DNA of 64,000 nt from Tubulanus polymorphus (GCF_964204645.1 NC_134031.1:18297910-18361909), one strand, 5' to 3'. Shown: positions 26,049-39,600, numbered from the stretch's first letter. Notes: a model not told the origin generated them from the letters alone. Numbers and translations are program-made.

Positions 26049-28101
26049 ATGGCCGCATCAAGTCTGTGGATATTAAGCTTTCTGCTGTTAGTTATAATCA
26101 TAATAGGTATGGATATCAGTGATTTGTAATGTATTATCAAACCTACGATAAACAATAGAATATACAGTTAACCTCGCCTAACTCGGATAAAATGGAAGTT
26201 AGGATAAGAAAAATAAGTTATAGGAAATCACAAAAAAATTCGTTTTTTTGTCCAAGTTATAGTCATGAGTTGCCCGATGACCGAGTATGTGGGTGAGGCT
26301 TACTGTACGAAGATATCTGATGGCGTGAAACATATCCATGCAACGAAATCAATTTTTTAAGAGAAGCCACAGGTGCATTGGAAACATTGAGCATGAACCA
26401 GTTCTAACACGCTTATCCGATAACTGTGGAATCGGATCCAGTTAGAAATCAGTATTATTCTCCACGTCTCTCAAAAAGTACTCGTGGCGTCCAGTTTAAA
26501 GTGTTGTTGTATTGTTATTATGTGATGTATTTTACAGCTGAAGTCTCGTCTGCCCCTGCGATTCAATCAGTCCAGCAGGCGGCTCATAATGTTTTGAATA
26601 ACAACCGAGTTGTCGATACGGCCGCAATCGATAATGCTATTAAATCTGGAAAAGGAATACAAGGAATAGTTGATGCATATGGTAACTATATCTTCCTGTT
26701 ATGTATCGCGTTAAAGACCGTTCAATTAGTGCGTATGCACGATAGGGAGGGAGGGAAGTCAGTGAAAATGTAACCTAAATGCGCATGGGGAGGGAGGCGT
26801 CTAAACAGGCCTAGTCCGTACGCACCACTTGATACCTTTTTTTGTTACAGCATTGAATAACAATATTGTGCTATAAGGCTAAAAACGGATACCTTGTTTC
26901 TAATATCTACTTAGCTTTAAGTTGACCCGGCCGGTCGCCCGTCTGCCCGATAGATGACTTTTTTCAAAATCATAATCAATTTTACCATAACAGGCCCAGC
27001 AGCTATAGAAATTGAACTGATAACAAATTTCATTGCATTTTACAAAACGACCCGGCCAATTAGGAGAAATAAGGTATCATTTATCATTTTCTTATCTCAA
27101 TAAAATACGAACCTTTTTGACGAAATTTTGTGTTGAAAAATACGTACATCATTAATCTTCGCAATTGAATAAATATTGCATATTTGGTTTCACAAATACA
27201 ACGGTAGTTACCATTAATAACAGGAGCGGCTATTTTTGGCTAATTCGTACTAATTGAACGATCCCTTACTCGGACTTTTGACCAACTCAGACCAATTTTG
27301 CCGGTCACTGTTTTGCGAATCAGGCGAATCAGGCATTTACTGTAATTTTCTTTATATCGCGGTGTCGGTGAGAGGTGAGAGTTAACGAAGTTTATCAGAA
27401 ACACTATGACTATAATAGATCACCTGCAGGGTCCAATGTATTTAGGAGTCTACAGGCTCTGGACCACTTCTGAGCGACCCTCACAGTTCATGTATTATGG
27501 ATATAAAATCAATCAGATCTATACTTTTTCTTCAGCAGGTAAACAACCCGGTAAAGGAGGTGGCAAAGGAGGTGGCAAAGGAGGCGGCAAAGGAGGCGGC
27601 AAAGGAGGCGGCAAAGGAGGTGGCAAAGGAGGACAAACTACGACACCAGCTATGACTGCCTTTCCGACTACAACTATTTCGTCCAGTAGCATCACTGAAA
27701 AACAGCAACCTTCATCGTCAGCAACTCAGAAATACACTACAACCGCTACAACAGCTACTAATGAAACTACCTTTCCCACTACATCTACCACTTTCAGTAG
27801 TTTCACTACCAAACAACCCCAAACAACAGCTAGAACTAGCACTGAACACCAGTCTACATCAACACCTAACCAAATAGATACTACTACGATAACTAACACT
27901 AAAACTATCTTTCCGACTACGACTTCTACTTCCAGTAGTTTCACTTCAAATCAACCCCTAACAACAACTAGTACTAACTATCAGTCTACATCAGTCTACA
28001 TCTCACCAGAAATCGGTAACCATGCTTCTTCACTTTCCTTCTGCTTAACACTGACTCTTATCGTCTGCGCTACTTTTGTTGTTGTGTTTCTTATAGATTA
28101 G
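26049..28101 (+). CDS. Secreted/putatively GPI-anchored Gly-Lys-repeat, Thr/Ser-rich mucin-like protein, paralogue A (~254 aa)
   Basis: Exons 26049-26106 (signal peptide MAASSLWILSFLLLVIIII), 26538-26681, 27539-28101 (NAGNAG acceptor) sum to 765 nt. (GGGK)x6, Thr-rich stalk, hydrophobic C-terminus GNHASSLSFCLTLTLIVCATFVVVFLID. Confidence 0.8.
26714..27265. mobile_element. PIF/Harbinger-like MITE in intron 2 of paralogue A
   Basis: TTA flanks and TIR GACCGTTCAATTAGTGCG / CGTACTAATTGAACGATC. Confidence 0.55.
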
Positions 28102-29052
28102 AAATACGGAGTCAGTTCCATGAGCCAGTTCAGCCATACGCCAATTCGACAGTTCTCGTGGAGCTAGATCCACAGTTCTAGATACAGTTCCTGATCTGAA
28201 CTATGGAACCGGACCCTAACAAGTAGCGATATTGTATGGTTTGTTTCGTGATTTCATATATATGTTAAAAGCTCGGAAATGAATGTTGCAAAAAATGGAT
28301 AACTTAAGTCTTTCAGCTGAAAATGAAATAATCAACTCTATATTCAACTATAAATACGCCTCGATTTGCATTTATTCTGTTAAGGAGAACAAACCGAACT
28401 ATAACAGCTCAGTTTTTTCCTAATCGTTTCAAATCGATCCAAGCTGTACGCTCTAGATTGCGGTTTATTCCCACAATTAATGGCGACCTCTAAAATCAAT
28501 ACGGGACGCACCTGTTACGGTATTGAATTAAGGAATTGTTTTTGTCTTTTTCTCGATAATAGTTCATATTGAATTGAGAGAGAGTTTTTAATGGTAATGT
28601 GTTACAAACATATTTTCTATACGAGCAATTTTATAAAGCATATTGATAATACAATATGCCCACGTATAGATAGATGTATGCTCAAAACGTATTGTTCACG
28701 TCATAATGGACGTCAGATGGCCGTCAACTGTCACTCTTATTCAGTTGACTGCTTGACCGTGGGGTCCAATACAACGCGCAGTGACGTCACGCGCATTACC
28801 CCCTGTTTCGCTCCCGACAGGTGTGGTGGTTTGTAAGGGAACTTAATCAAAAGAAATCTACCAATCAAATGAATAACAGGGTCAATCCACAATTATTTAA
28901 AATTTAAAAAATTATTTAAGATTTTAATTATTCAATATTTAAAAAAAAACCGTGCGAAACAAATGTAATGATGATTTGAGATGTGCACGGACTAGTACGG
29001 AAAGTTGTCTTACAGTCGTCGGAAGCTAAATCACATCCGGACATCCAGCCTT

Positions 29053-29298
29053 TGACCCAGTTGCACCGTCATGGGTAAAGTGGTCGAAAAATGTTACGAC
29101 TAGTCTTGTTAGACTAGTTGTGCGATTGGCTATAGAACTAAAAGGAGTGAAGATTGGTCTTGTTGTTAGATTGATTATGGAACCAAAATGTAAGATTAGC
29201 TATAGAACCAAAATGAGCTTAAACGTCTTAAGTTGTTAGATTGGTTTTTGAAACAAAATGATCTTAGGAGAAATCTTAATGACTGTGCAACTGGGTCA
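29053..29298. mobile_element. MITE with TGACCCAGTTGCAC TIRs and internal ~45-bp subrepeats
   Basis: TIR TGACCCAGTTGCAC / GTGCAACTGGGTCA. The internal TTAGATTGGCTATAGAACCAAAATGAGCTT motif also occurs near 6090-6230, 9095-9170, 54470 and 63310. Confidence 0.7.
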
Positions 29299-29666
29299 TG
29301 GGTCCAACTTTAACCTTTACAACAAATACATTTAATCTAAGTTTGAATCCGTCACAGATTTCTGCGGTCGTCCGCATATGGTGCCTGGTCTGGTGTTATG
29401 ACCTGCGTATGTTCGATCGGGTAATCGGGTATCATAAAATAGAAATTTGAGATATCCTGTGGACGTCATCTGTAGAAGAACAGTCGCGCATTTGAAAACA
29501 AAATAGATGAAATCAACGAATGGATGACCGAGTCGACTGCGCTGCTCGGTGCGAACACTGCAATCAATCTCCAAAAACATCTGTTTTATGAAGTGTCCTA
29601 TAAGTGGTCTGCATTAACGTTACACGCGTTAGAGGTTTATTATTCATATTTTACCAAGTCGCCAAC

Positions 29667-31019
29667 ATGGCTGCATCCAGACTGTGGATATGTTGTTTTC
29701 TGTTATTGGTATTAGTTATAATCGGTAAATGTTCTTACTTATTAATCATTTCTATCTAATATTCGCTTCTTAAATATTTGTAAATGGTTTTTTAACATAA
29801 TATTGATTCTATGATGTGTTTGAATTTTAATGATATATTCTGCCGTCTTCTGTATACTGCTTTTTGGTAAATTTGGTAAAGTTCACGAATTTCCCTTTAG
29901 ACTAGTTTGTAAAACAGCGATTTTTTAACTGTCAGATTATTTACACGTAAAACCCTTCCGTTTACAAATTCATTATAAGTCTCCTAGCGAACAGTTAAAT
30001 TATGAAAGTTAGGAGGTTCCTTCTCAGGTACCTATCTTTTTTGATTTTATAAAGATTTTTGTGAATTTTCATACTCTATTCCGCCTCTCTAGACTGCCAT
30101 TTGATGAGTTTTGTAAAATACAAGTATTTCCCATCAGAACAGTTTGTAAAACAGTGAAGTTTAAAACCCAAAATTTCAAATATTAAAAGCGAATTTTATT
30201 TATCAAAATCAAAATCAAACGATACGACGCTTCGAACTCTTACTAGAGATCATCGTCAGATGTCTGTGATAATCTATACTACACTGTAAAACTCATTCAA
30301 AGATGATTACGTATTTCTTCATACAAATTATGTATATATTTATATTTCTGTATGAGTAGCCGTATCGTCAGCACCGCATTCATCGAACAATCAGGCGGCT
30401 AATGTTGTTGGAAATGGTAAAGTCGTAGACACGGCAGCAGCAGCTCGTCAACCAAAAGGTATGATAAGAGATGGTTCCATCATTTTCGGTAAAGCTGGCT
30501 CTCTAAAATCAGTTCATTTTCGATGTTTTAACTGGATTATGTAGATATATATATATAGCGCGGATACCAACCCCCGCGTCATATTGGCCTGGTCAAATGT
30601 GACCTTTCTATTCGGTTAGACGCTTGCGTTTGACGGCCAGTATGGCGTCACGATTATGTGCAACCTCCATATCTATTTTATCGTTCAGGATTATTTTGGT
30701 TCAATTTTTATACGAAGTAAATTTGGATCAATTTCTATTCGCAATTCTTGTAGCTAAGAAAAAGAAAGGCGGTGGAAGAGGCTGGGGAGGAGGCAAAGGA
30801 GGTGGAAAAGGAGGCGGCAAAGGAGGTGGAAAAGGAGGTGGCAAAGGAGGAAAGAAGACTACCACAACTACAACTACCACTACAACTGTTGCTACAACTA
30901 CTAAAAATGTGCCGCCAACAGCATTACCGCAAGTAGACCCGAATCGCGCCACATCGCTCGCATTCAGCTCATCGCTGGCTCTCGTCATTAGCGCAACCGT
31001 CGTCTTCCTCTTCAACTAA
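29667..31019 (+). CDS. Secreted/putatively GPI-anchored Gly-Lys-repeat protein, paralogue B (~140 aa)
   Basis: Exons 29667-29724 (MAASRLWICCFLLLVLVII), 30360-30458 (AVSSAP...VVDTAAAARQPK), 30754-31019 (KKKKGGGRGW(GGGK)x5, poly-Thr, NRATSLAFSSSLALVISATVVFLFN) sum to 423 nt. Same 58-nt exon 1 and same phases as paralogue A. Confidence 0.8.
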
Positions 31020-31652
31020 AACTATTTCATTTCAAAAATATTAACCTTTGATAAGTCATCATTTTTTGTCCATCATAGAAAAAGATCGTGTTCGTTTCGA
31101 GTGTGTTTGAAATATCTTTACGAAATGAAATGTTTGAAATTGCGATGTAAAATATCTTTACTGGGAATCTGTTGAAAGCTCTTCTTATTTGGCGTGATAA
31201 TATAAAATAACAAACTTTCCAATAATCTAATATACTTTTCCTCCTGTTGGTTTCGAGGTGATTTTTATATCTTCAGATCGTTTCAAATCGAACCCCAGCT
31301 GTTCAATAGTATTGGAGTTGTCGTCTGGGTCTCATTTCCTGAATTCACGTGACATTAAATATAGAATCGATACCGGATGTATACATCTGCTAACATATCG
31401 AATATTGGGGGATTAGTTTCTTTTTTACTTATTGTTGAAAATATCAATTATGTTAAAGAAGATGATCTGATTTTCTATACAGGTAGGACCAGTTCGTTAG
31501 CGGTTTAAGTTTGACTTTAATATATAAGATTAGTGTTCATTTATTAGTGCCAGAACTGTAGAATACTGTATAACCGGGTCCGGGATGACATTGCCTGAAA
31601 TAGAATGCTAATGAGGGATACGATGAATGGGAAGTGAGAGAGGAGAGTGGAA

Positions 31653-32176
31653 AGACGGCTCAGCGCTGGTAGCGTGGATGAGGACACGAGACGAGTCAGC
31701 GCTGGTAGCGTGGATGAGGACACGAGACGAGTCAGCGCTCGTAGCGTGGATGAGCACACGAGACGAGTCAGCGCCGGTAGCGTGGATGAGGACACGAGAC
31801 GAGTCAGCGCTCGTAGCGTGGATGAGGACACGAGACGAGTCAGCGCCGGTAGCGTGGATGAGGACACGAGACGAGTCAGCGCCGGTAGCGTGGATGAGGA
31901 CACGAGACGAGTCAGCGCCGGTAGCGTGGATGAGGACACGAGACGAGTCAGCGCTGGTAGCGTGGATGAGGACACGAGACGAGTCAGCGCTGGTAGCGTG
32001 GATGAGGACACGAGACGGCTCAGCACCATCCTCCCACGGCAGGGATTCGAACCTGATGGCATCGCTACACTCAGCCACGGCATGTACCGGGGCAATCTCG
32101 ATGCCATCGGGTTCGAATCCCTGCCGGGGGAGGATGGCTCAGCGCTCGTAGCGTGGATGAGCACACGAGACGGCTC
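31653..32176. repeat. 36-bp GC-rich tandem repeat (~11 units) interrupted by a tRNA-like foldback
   Basis: Unit AGACGAGTCAGCGCTGGTAGCGTGGATGAGGACACG: ten consecutive copies, an insertion at 32026-32137, then one further copy. Confidence 0.95.
32026..32137. mobile_element. Foldback element whose inverted arms are tRNA 3'-half-like (B-box GGTTCGAATCC)
   Basis: 39-nt arms 32026-32064 and 32099-32137 are reverse complements with 2 mismatches. A related degenerate copy lies at 1203-1400. Confidence 0.65.
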
Positions 32177-33674
32177 ATCGCTAATAGCAGACATCGTGTG
32201 CCCATTAATGACTGTTATAGAGAGTTTAATGACAAATTCTAACATTAAAATGGAACCAAGAGGAATTTATGGCTCTCACATATATACATGTGCTTTTTCC
32301 AATGCTAGTATTTATTGGATATAGTGGCAGAGTCAGTTAGCAACATGGTTGACTTAATAAATACCCACTACTAATAAATCGACAGTAAAATGTTTCCTAG
32401 TCAATCACCAGTACAGTCAATTATTGACACCCACTTTTGTAAAAATCCAAAAGAGAATTAAAACGCATTAGTCTTCGCGCGAAATCATAAAACGTCGTTT
32501 CTTGATTAAGATTATCAATGCAAATCCCGCTTTTCTAAGTGTCTAGCTTTATTAAAATGGTTTTCTTTTGTATTGTACATCAAAATTCATGCATGCTGGA
32601 AATTTATAAACTGGTTATATAGTTGTGTATATGGAGTTTGATATTATAAATCCTCCTGCAGTCCTCAAAACTCATAATGATCATTCAATTGGAACAGCTG
32701 CCAATATAGTGGATAAAACAGAATGCAAACTTTAACGCAGACTCGTGCTGAATATGTTAAACAAAAAATATATATGTATTTCGTTCGGGTATCACTCACA
32801 ACAAAATCAATACACCAGATTCTCCTGATGCAATACATCTAGATATAAACACGATTAACATCGATATTTCTATGAATATAAATTATTAATAAAAAATGCT
32901 CGTATTGGTAGAACACGTGTATTGTTTTATCAGCCGCGCACTCAGTGGCCGTCTCTAATGCTCAGAAAAATAGAGCTATGATCAGTATTCAGTGAAAGGT
33001 TACATAAATTATCAAATACAGTAAACCTCTCCTTACCCGGACCAGGGAGGTGGGATCGGACCCTGCTCGGACAAACTTGAACCGGCCAAAATTGGTCCGA
33101 GTTAAGGGTCGAAAAATACGTTATGAAGTCAGAAAATGATTTCGTTGTTGTCGAAGTTAGTCAAAAGTCGGAGTTGATCATGTTTGGAGCGAGGTTCATT
33201 GTATATTACATATTTAAACCGCATTTTTGAATAATCAAAAACGATCGAAATAAATCAAGAAAGATCGATCATATTTTTTAGCCGATTCTTTACAGAATAG
33301 CAGTCGTCACTGATTGGAAGTCGTCTCTATTTTCTAGTCACTATTTGTATTCAATGTTTAAGTCGTCATTTGGAAGTCGCAACTATGACAGCAGGTATAT
33401 AATTATATTTCATTTTTCAATTTCCTGATATCAATTATTGCTATAAGTACAGCCCTAGGCTTGCACTGTGTCCTTCATCTTATGTATGTAAAAACAATGT
33501 GTATTCCTATATGTTGAATAATCATATATGGCATAACGATGAAAATAAATTATATATCATATATTACATCATCAAAGTGATGTTTACAATTCGACCGAAA
33601 ACGCTGTCAATCGACTCCAGTAAAATACAAAGTGTTCGTTTTCTTTTATTTCAAAATTAAATTCCTAAAATTTC

Positions 33675-36600
33675 TCAAAATCGTTCATGTTGGAATTGCG
33701 TTCTGAGCGCCACAGACGTATCTGAAAGAACAGGAAAAAATTACTTGAAATTCATTTTATTCATTCGAGTTCTAGTTCGGCAGATTTCGGTTGAATTTCA
33801 CTCTCATATTGTCGATCGTAGATTCTGATTTTTACCTCTTTTTTTCTTGACTTTCTTACAACCGTAACAAACGAGTCCGATAACTAAAACAAGGACGGCT
33901 AGAACTCCCAAAGCGCTTCCCAGAATAATCGTGTGCTTCAGTTTATCTACAAAGAAAAGATGAAAACAATCCTTTGTCAGGGATCGGAAAATTCAGATAT
34001 CAGGATCCATTTCACAGCTATGAGTCAGAGTTCACTCTGGATCCAGTTCAACTGATGTGAGTTTTAGAGTTACTCTGAGTTGAAATCAGTTAATTTTCAA
34101 TGAGTTAACTCTAGAGAAGTCGACTGCGTAGAACTGGCTCTGTTTGATATTTCAGATGTACAATACTCTCCGACACATAGTAAAATTAAATATGGATTCT
34201 ATTGATTTCATCTCATAATTCAGGTTTTTATGAGTATATTAGGTATATGTATATATGTATATATAACGAAATTATATGAATTCATATTCTTTTTTTTCTA
34301 TGTCTCAGGAATTATTGAACATGTGAAATATATGGACCTTTCTAATTTAGGGAAGGTGATGAGTTGGTTTTATTCCTATGAAATTATTACGGCTGCACAA
34401 TACCTTTATCGTTTGCTAAATAACACGGGATTTCATCTGCTTCAAATTTACAATCTACGCAAGAATGAAAAATAGAACAAAAATAATAACAATCATTTTC
34501 TAAAAATTTACATTGTGGGTTAAACAACTATAATCCAGACGGAAAATAGTCTCAACTATCTACAACGTAAGAATAAATTCGTAATATTCATTATCATTAC
34601 TGCACAGAACAAGGTTTAACTCGATTTGAACGGAACGGGAAGTTGTCTTACATTCGATGAAGGTTAAATCAAATCCGCGTCTGGTCGGTTGATTCGATGA
34701 CGTCACGAACTCGAGAGAGAAATGATTCAGCGACGTGTAGTAAGATCCTTTCGGTGGTTTAGCGCTGGTGAATGTGAAAAGCGGCAAAAGCTTCGAACCT
34801 TCTTCGTAGATATGCAGAATTGCTCCCGAACCGAGATCGAAATCCTGAAAACAAACACAGGAATAGAATTGTTGATTCCTTTTCGAAAACGTACGTGTAT
34901 GAAAGAAAAACTATTTCTTTCTAAATTCTAATTTGGATTTAAGAATTCCATCACATCAGCCCATAGTTGGGTAAACAAGTAGAAAATCCTGCAATATAAA
35001 AAAGAAAAAAGACATCAGGTGACAGTATGCCTGATGATTGTCATTATAGCTTATAACCGAACTGAACATTCCATCTATTGTTATTTGATTTATTGTGGCA
35101 TTTCACGTCTAACACGGAAATTATACTTTATCTCGATCTAATAAAGAATGCATTTGATAACATTGAAATAAGTAATAATTCAGCGTAATTTAGCGTAATA
35201 AGATTTAAGGCGTAATGCACGGTTGAGTTGATTTGTCACGTATTCACAGCAAGATTATTAAATTGTCGTCACCAGCCGTCCGTACTGGAGAGAATTTCAT
35301 GGTTCGTTCCCAGGTAACCAATAACAACAAACCTGACAGTACAGACAGACTATTACAGTAATACTGAAAGTATAGACGACGGATTCGCAGTAGGATTGCG
35401 ACGCCGGAATAGAGATATACATATTTTGAAATATACCACTTCTATATTGATAGTAATTTTTAGGTAAGTGAGAAAGTAGCACATGTCGACCTTTCTTTAA
35501 TTCGTTCAAGAAAATAACATGTATATACGCAATTTCATTTTAGAAATTTTTAATTCTGTTACTGCAAAATGATAAGAATTTGTATCAATTAGAATCTGTT
35601 AGCCTAGGTATCTATTTCGATATATGATTAGGGTGGGTATCAATATGTATATGTTAGAAAACGGTGTTGTTCTACTGTAGATCATCGTCGATTTTAAGTC
35701 CCAATTTGTATTTCCAATGACCAATCAAATTCACATTTCTAATCATTTGGTTAAGTCGTTTCCATTTTTAGTTTCAATTTCTATTTCTAATCCAATTCAA
35801 CATAACGAAGTAGTAGTGATCATTTGAATATATAAGTCGTCATTACAGTCAAACTCATTACGACTGACTGAAGTTGTCGCTATTTTCGAGCCCCAATTTG
35901 TATTTCCAATTCAATTTAGGAAGTGTAAGTCATCATTAGAGTAGGGTCCCACAGTATCCTAGGTGTATACTGTATAAGAACTTATCTAGGGTACTGGGGT
36001 CAATAGGTTTTGCGCCAGGCCCCTGATGTGGAATACGCTATAACGACTTCAGCTAATTCCACAGTACTGTACAATGTTTGTTAAAACTGTGCTTGTGCTC
36101 TTTTTTCAGACAAGAAAAATTAAAACATGGCAGGAGTCGACGAGAAGACAATGTTCGGCGACACTTCCTCGTTCGCTCTTCAAATGAAACGTCTTATAAA
36201 CAATAAAGACATGAGCGACATTAAATTCCTGATCGGTCCGAACAGAAAACCAGTTTACGCTCATCGCTGTTTGCTATCGGCGAGGTGCGATGTTTTTAGA
36301 GCTATGTTTCTCGATCAGGCGAAGAATAAAGAATCGCAAGACGTACCGTTCGTCATGTCGGATATTTCGATGGAGATTTTCATGCCCATTTTGGAGTTTA
36401 TCTACACCAATGCGGTGACGCTATCGAGTAAGAACGCCGTCGATGTGTTGGGCAGCGCTCTGGAATACGGTATGGACGATTTGAGGAAGTTATCGGTGAG
36501 ATATTTGATCGAGAATTTGAGTATAAACACGGCGAGTGAAGCGATGCAGGCGGCTGTCACTTACGGACAAGATGAACTTAGAGAAAAGGCGTTGAATTAT

Positions 36601-39600
36601 ACAGAAAACAATACATCGGGCGTGTTTAAAACTAAAGGTTTTCATGAAATGTCTGAAGATGCTTTGTCCGTCGTGTTGGATAGTGATCAATTACAACTGG
36701 ACGAATTGGATATTCTTAACGCAGTTCGGGAATGGGCTACGGTGAATTCGGTTGTTCTGTCCAAACCGGTCAACGAGGTCGCCAAGAAGGTGATCTGGAA
36801 CGTGCGACTCGCGTTACTGTCGCCGGACGAACTGGCTAAAGTAGAGAAGGAGAACGAAAAGGATCACATGGTTCCGGTCGAGTTGATGTCGATGGCCTGG
36901 AGATTCCACGCTTTGCGAAAACCGGATAAAAAGAACGCGTTCACGAAACGTAGAAAGGGAACGACGCTGAGAGATTCACACAAAGGGTTGGAAAATTTAT
37001 AATATACGAGAAAAAACATTTCAAGTCAAATTCTAACGGCAATATACTGTACAATAAAGCAGTGGGGGGAGGGGGGAGTTGAGAGGGCCTGTTGAGGTGG
37101 ATATGGAATTTTCCATTAATTAAATGTTATCGGTATGGTAACCTAAGTGAACGAATTGTCAAGCCAAGTTCTAATCACAATAGAAAAGTGAAAAAATGAA
37201 CTTATCAAAAGAGGTCACGATCTTCTTGTTTAGTGGCAATCTGTGTCTGACGCTGATTCTATTTTCAATACTAAAATTATTTTGGATATTGCTATCGCTA
37301 TTGGATCTCAATGTTCGTAATTTAAGCGTAGTTCTTATTGAATTGTTTATGTCGCTGCCAATTTGTAACAAAAAGCTGAAATAAAATATCATTGTTTATC
37401 TGTTTAATACGAACCTGAAAGTTGAATTTAATCGTTCCTTTTTTATTAGCTGTAACGATCTGATATTGTTTGCGGAAGCCGTTTGGATAGTTTAGAGGAT
37501 ATGCGGGTGAGGAGACCGAACCGCTCGTCATCCAGCGGTTAAACTGAACACGATCTGTTAAATGAATAATAGACAAAATAGATTGTTCAGTTCGAGATAT
37601 CTAAGGAGAATCATAACGCTTAGATTTTTGCAATAAAACAAGAACGTTCACCTGCGGTAGAGGAATTCAGTTCCTGAAATTGCGCTTTAAAACCAAGTTG
37701 TGATGAAGACGGTTTATTTCCAACCGACTGAAACGTAACCTGCAAAATATGAGATCATTTGTTATTTCAAAAAATGTTTTCATATAATCCGTTCAATTTC
37801 CTACTGTTCTCTGGTACGTTAACAACTTAGTGCACACGACATAAACGCTGTCACCTGACACAAACGATACCTTTTGTTATTGATGCCAGTTGCTGCTATT
37901 GGCGAAGATGGTTCTAACTTATATGGAAAATTTGAATTCTTCTATTGCAAGAGATTAGGTCATTGACTGGCTTCCGGTGAAGCCGTAGTGAACACTCGTC
38001 GCCAGACTAGGTCCATATGAAATACTGAATACTACAGCGAAACGACCAAGATTTGGGTTCGAACCCATCTAAAGCTACCAAAATAGTCGTAGAATTCTTA
38101 ACTAACTTACCGTAATTTCATTTGTTAACGAGGTTACACCTTTTGGAGCATTAGCACTAAAGACGCCAAGTAGATTTCCATTTGCATCAGCGATCTGTTC
38201 AGATTATGAAGAAGACATTTTTTGAATATTTTATTTGATTTCATAAACCTTCAGTTATCATAAACAGGGGCCAGTTACTCAAAATTGGTTTGAGTTAGCT
38301 GGTCTGAGTTGCACAGTCGTGACTAGTTTTAAATCTCATGACTAGTCTTATGTGGTTAGTGGCAAAAAGTCCATTGTGACCACATAATTCACCCGCCGAT
38401 TATCTACAACCAAATATTGCCCCAATTTTAAATGAATTCAGTTGTCCATCACAGCAAAATAAATTTAATCTTTAATATCTGCGTTTAAATGATCTTGTAG
38501 TAATTTCAATCGAATTTACTGGTTCACTTACAGATACTGTATTCTTTTTCATGCCGGTGACGTCATCATTTATACGAAACTGGTCGAATACTACAGCTAT
38601 CAAAGTGCCCCCTGGTGACTGATCGGGCAGACGATATTTATAAATACATTGAGAATTGACGGGGAAGACATCCGGGTAGTTTGGTGACGTGAAAGTAAGG
38701 TTCTGCGAGGTACTCGTCCAATTTCCTCCACATCCGGTTACACTGTCGCGTAAACATAACCCTTAAAAATATTCAACAAATAGCCTGCTTTAGACCTGGA
38801 TCCAGTTTCATAAAGGTTGGGGGTAAATTATCCCAAAAATAAAGTGTTATGAATCAATTCTATAGTTATTTTTTCAAAACTAAGAGGGAAGTTTTGAAAA
38901 TAGCTCATGGACGTCGCTACTCTCTTAGTTTTAGAAATATCACTACTCTCTTTCCTCTAATTGTGGTTCTTTCTTCTATTGACGTAAAGATAGCGCTTCT
39001 AACAACTGTCAACGTATTTTTACTCCTCAATCGTTAAGTCACGTGTGAACTCCGTGGTAGATGGAAAGTGCACCGAAATCTTTTCAAAAACAGACGAAAA
39101 TTCAACACAATACTTTTTTCTTTTAATTCCTCAGATTGTTAGGTTTTACTTTCAATTCTATCGATCTATCTCGTGATAAGAAATGTATTCCCCTGGTACC
39201 TAAAACCTGTCCTTCGTCAACAAGCAGAAGAAAAACGATTTTTTGGGAATTTTCTCCTTTTTAATTCTATTTCGTGATATAACAACATCGCAGTACACAA
39301 TCCTCGATAAATAATCATTTCTATCAATACAGTGTGGTCGTCTAATATATTCCTTGTTTTGTGTGGTTAACATTCCGACCTTTTCGATCGTTTTTTTACA
39401 GTTATAGTTTAGCATATAGAATGATGTATGAATAAAATTCATTTATAATGTTGTTTCTTGTAGTTGTGCTTGAGCTGGGTTTTTTTTAGATAAAAGTACG
39501 TGTGGCCTCAAATAAAAGAGGAACGCTTTTTGACACCCGGATGCTCAACACATCGACACTAATCACCCACGTATGATATATATCGCCAGCATTACATATA

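Noticed and set aside
27726-31015. Minus-strand Val/Pro-rich ORFs (27726-27944, 30728-31015)
   Set aside because: Antisense shadows of the Thr and GGGK codon repeats.
31544-32324. Four long overlapping ORFs on both strands
   Set aside because: Explained by a stop-poor 36-bp unit; no splice or domain support.
39200-39206. 7-nt microexon in the CUB gene signal peptide
   Set aside because: A direct splice from 39875 to the acceptor at 38761 is already in frame and simpler.
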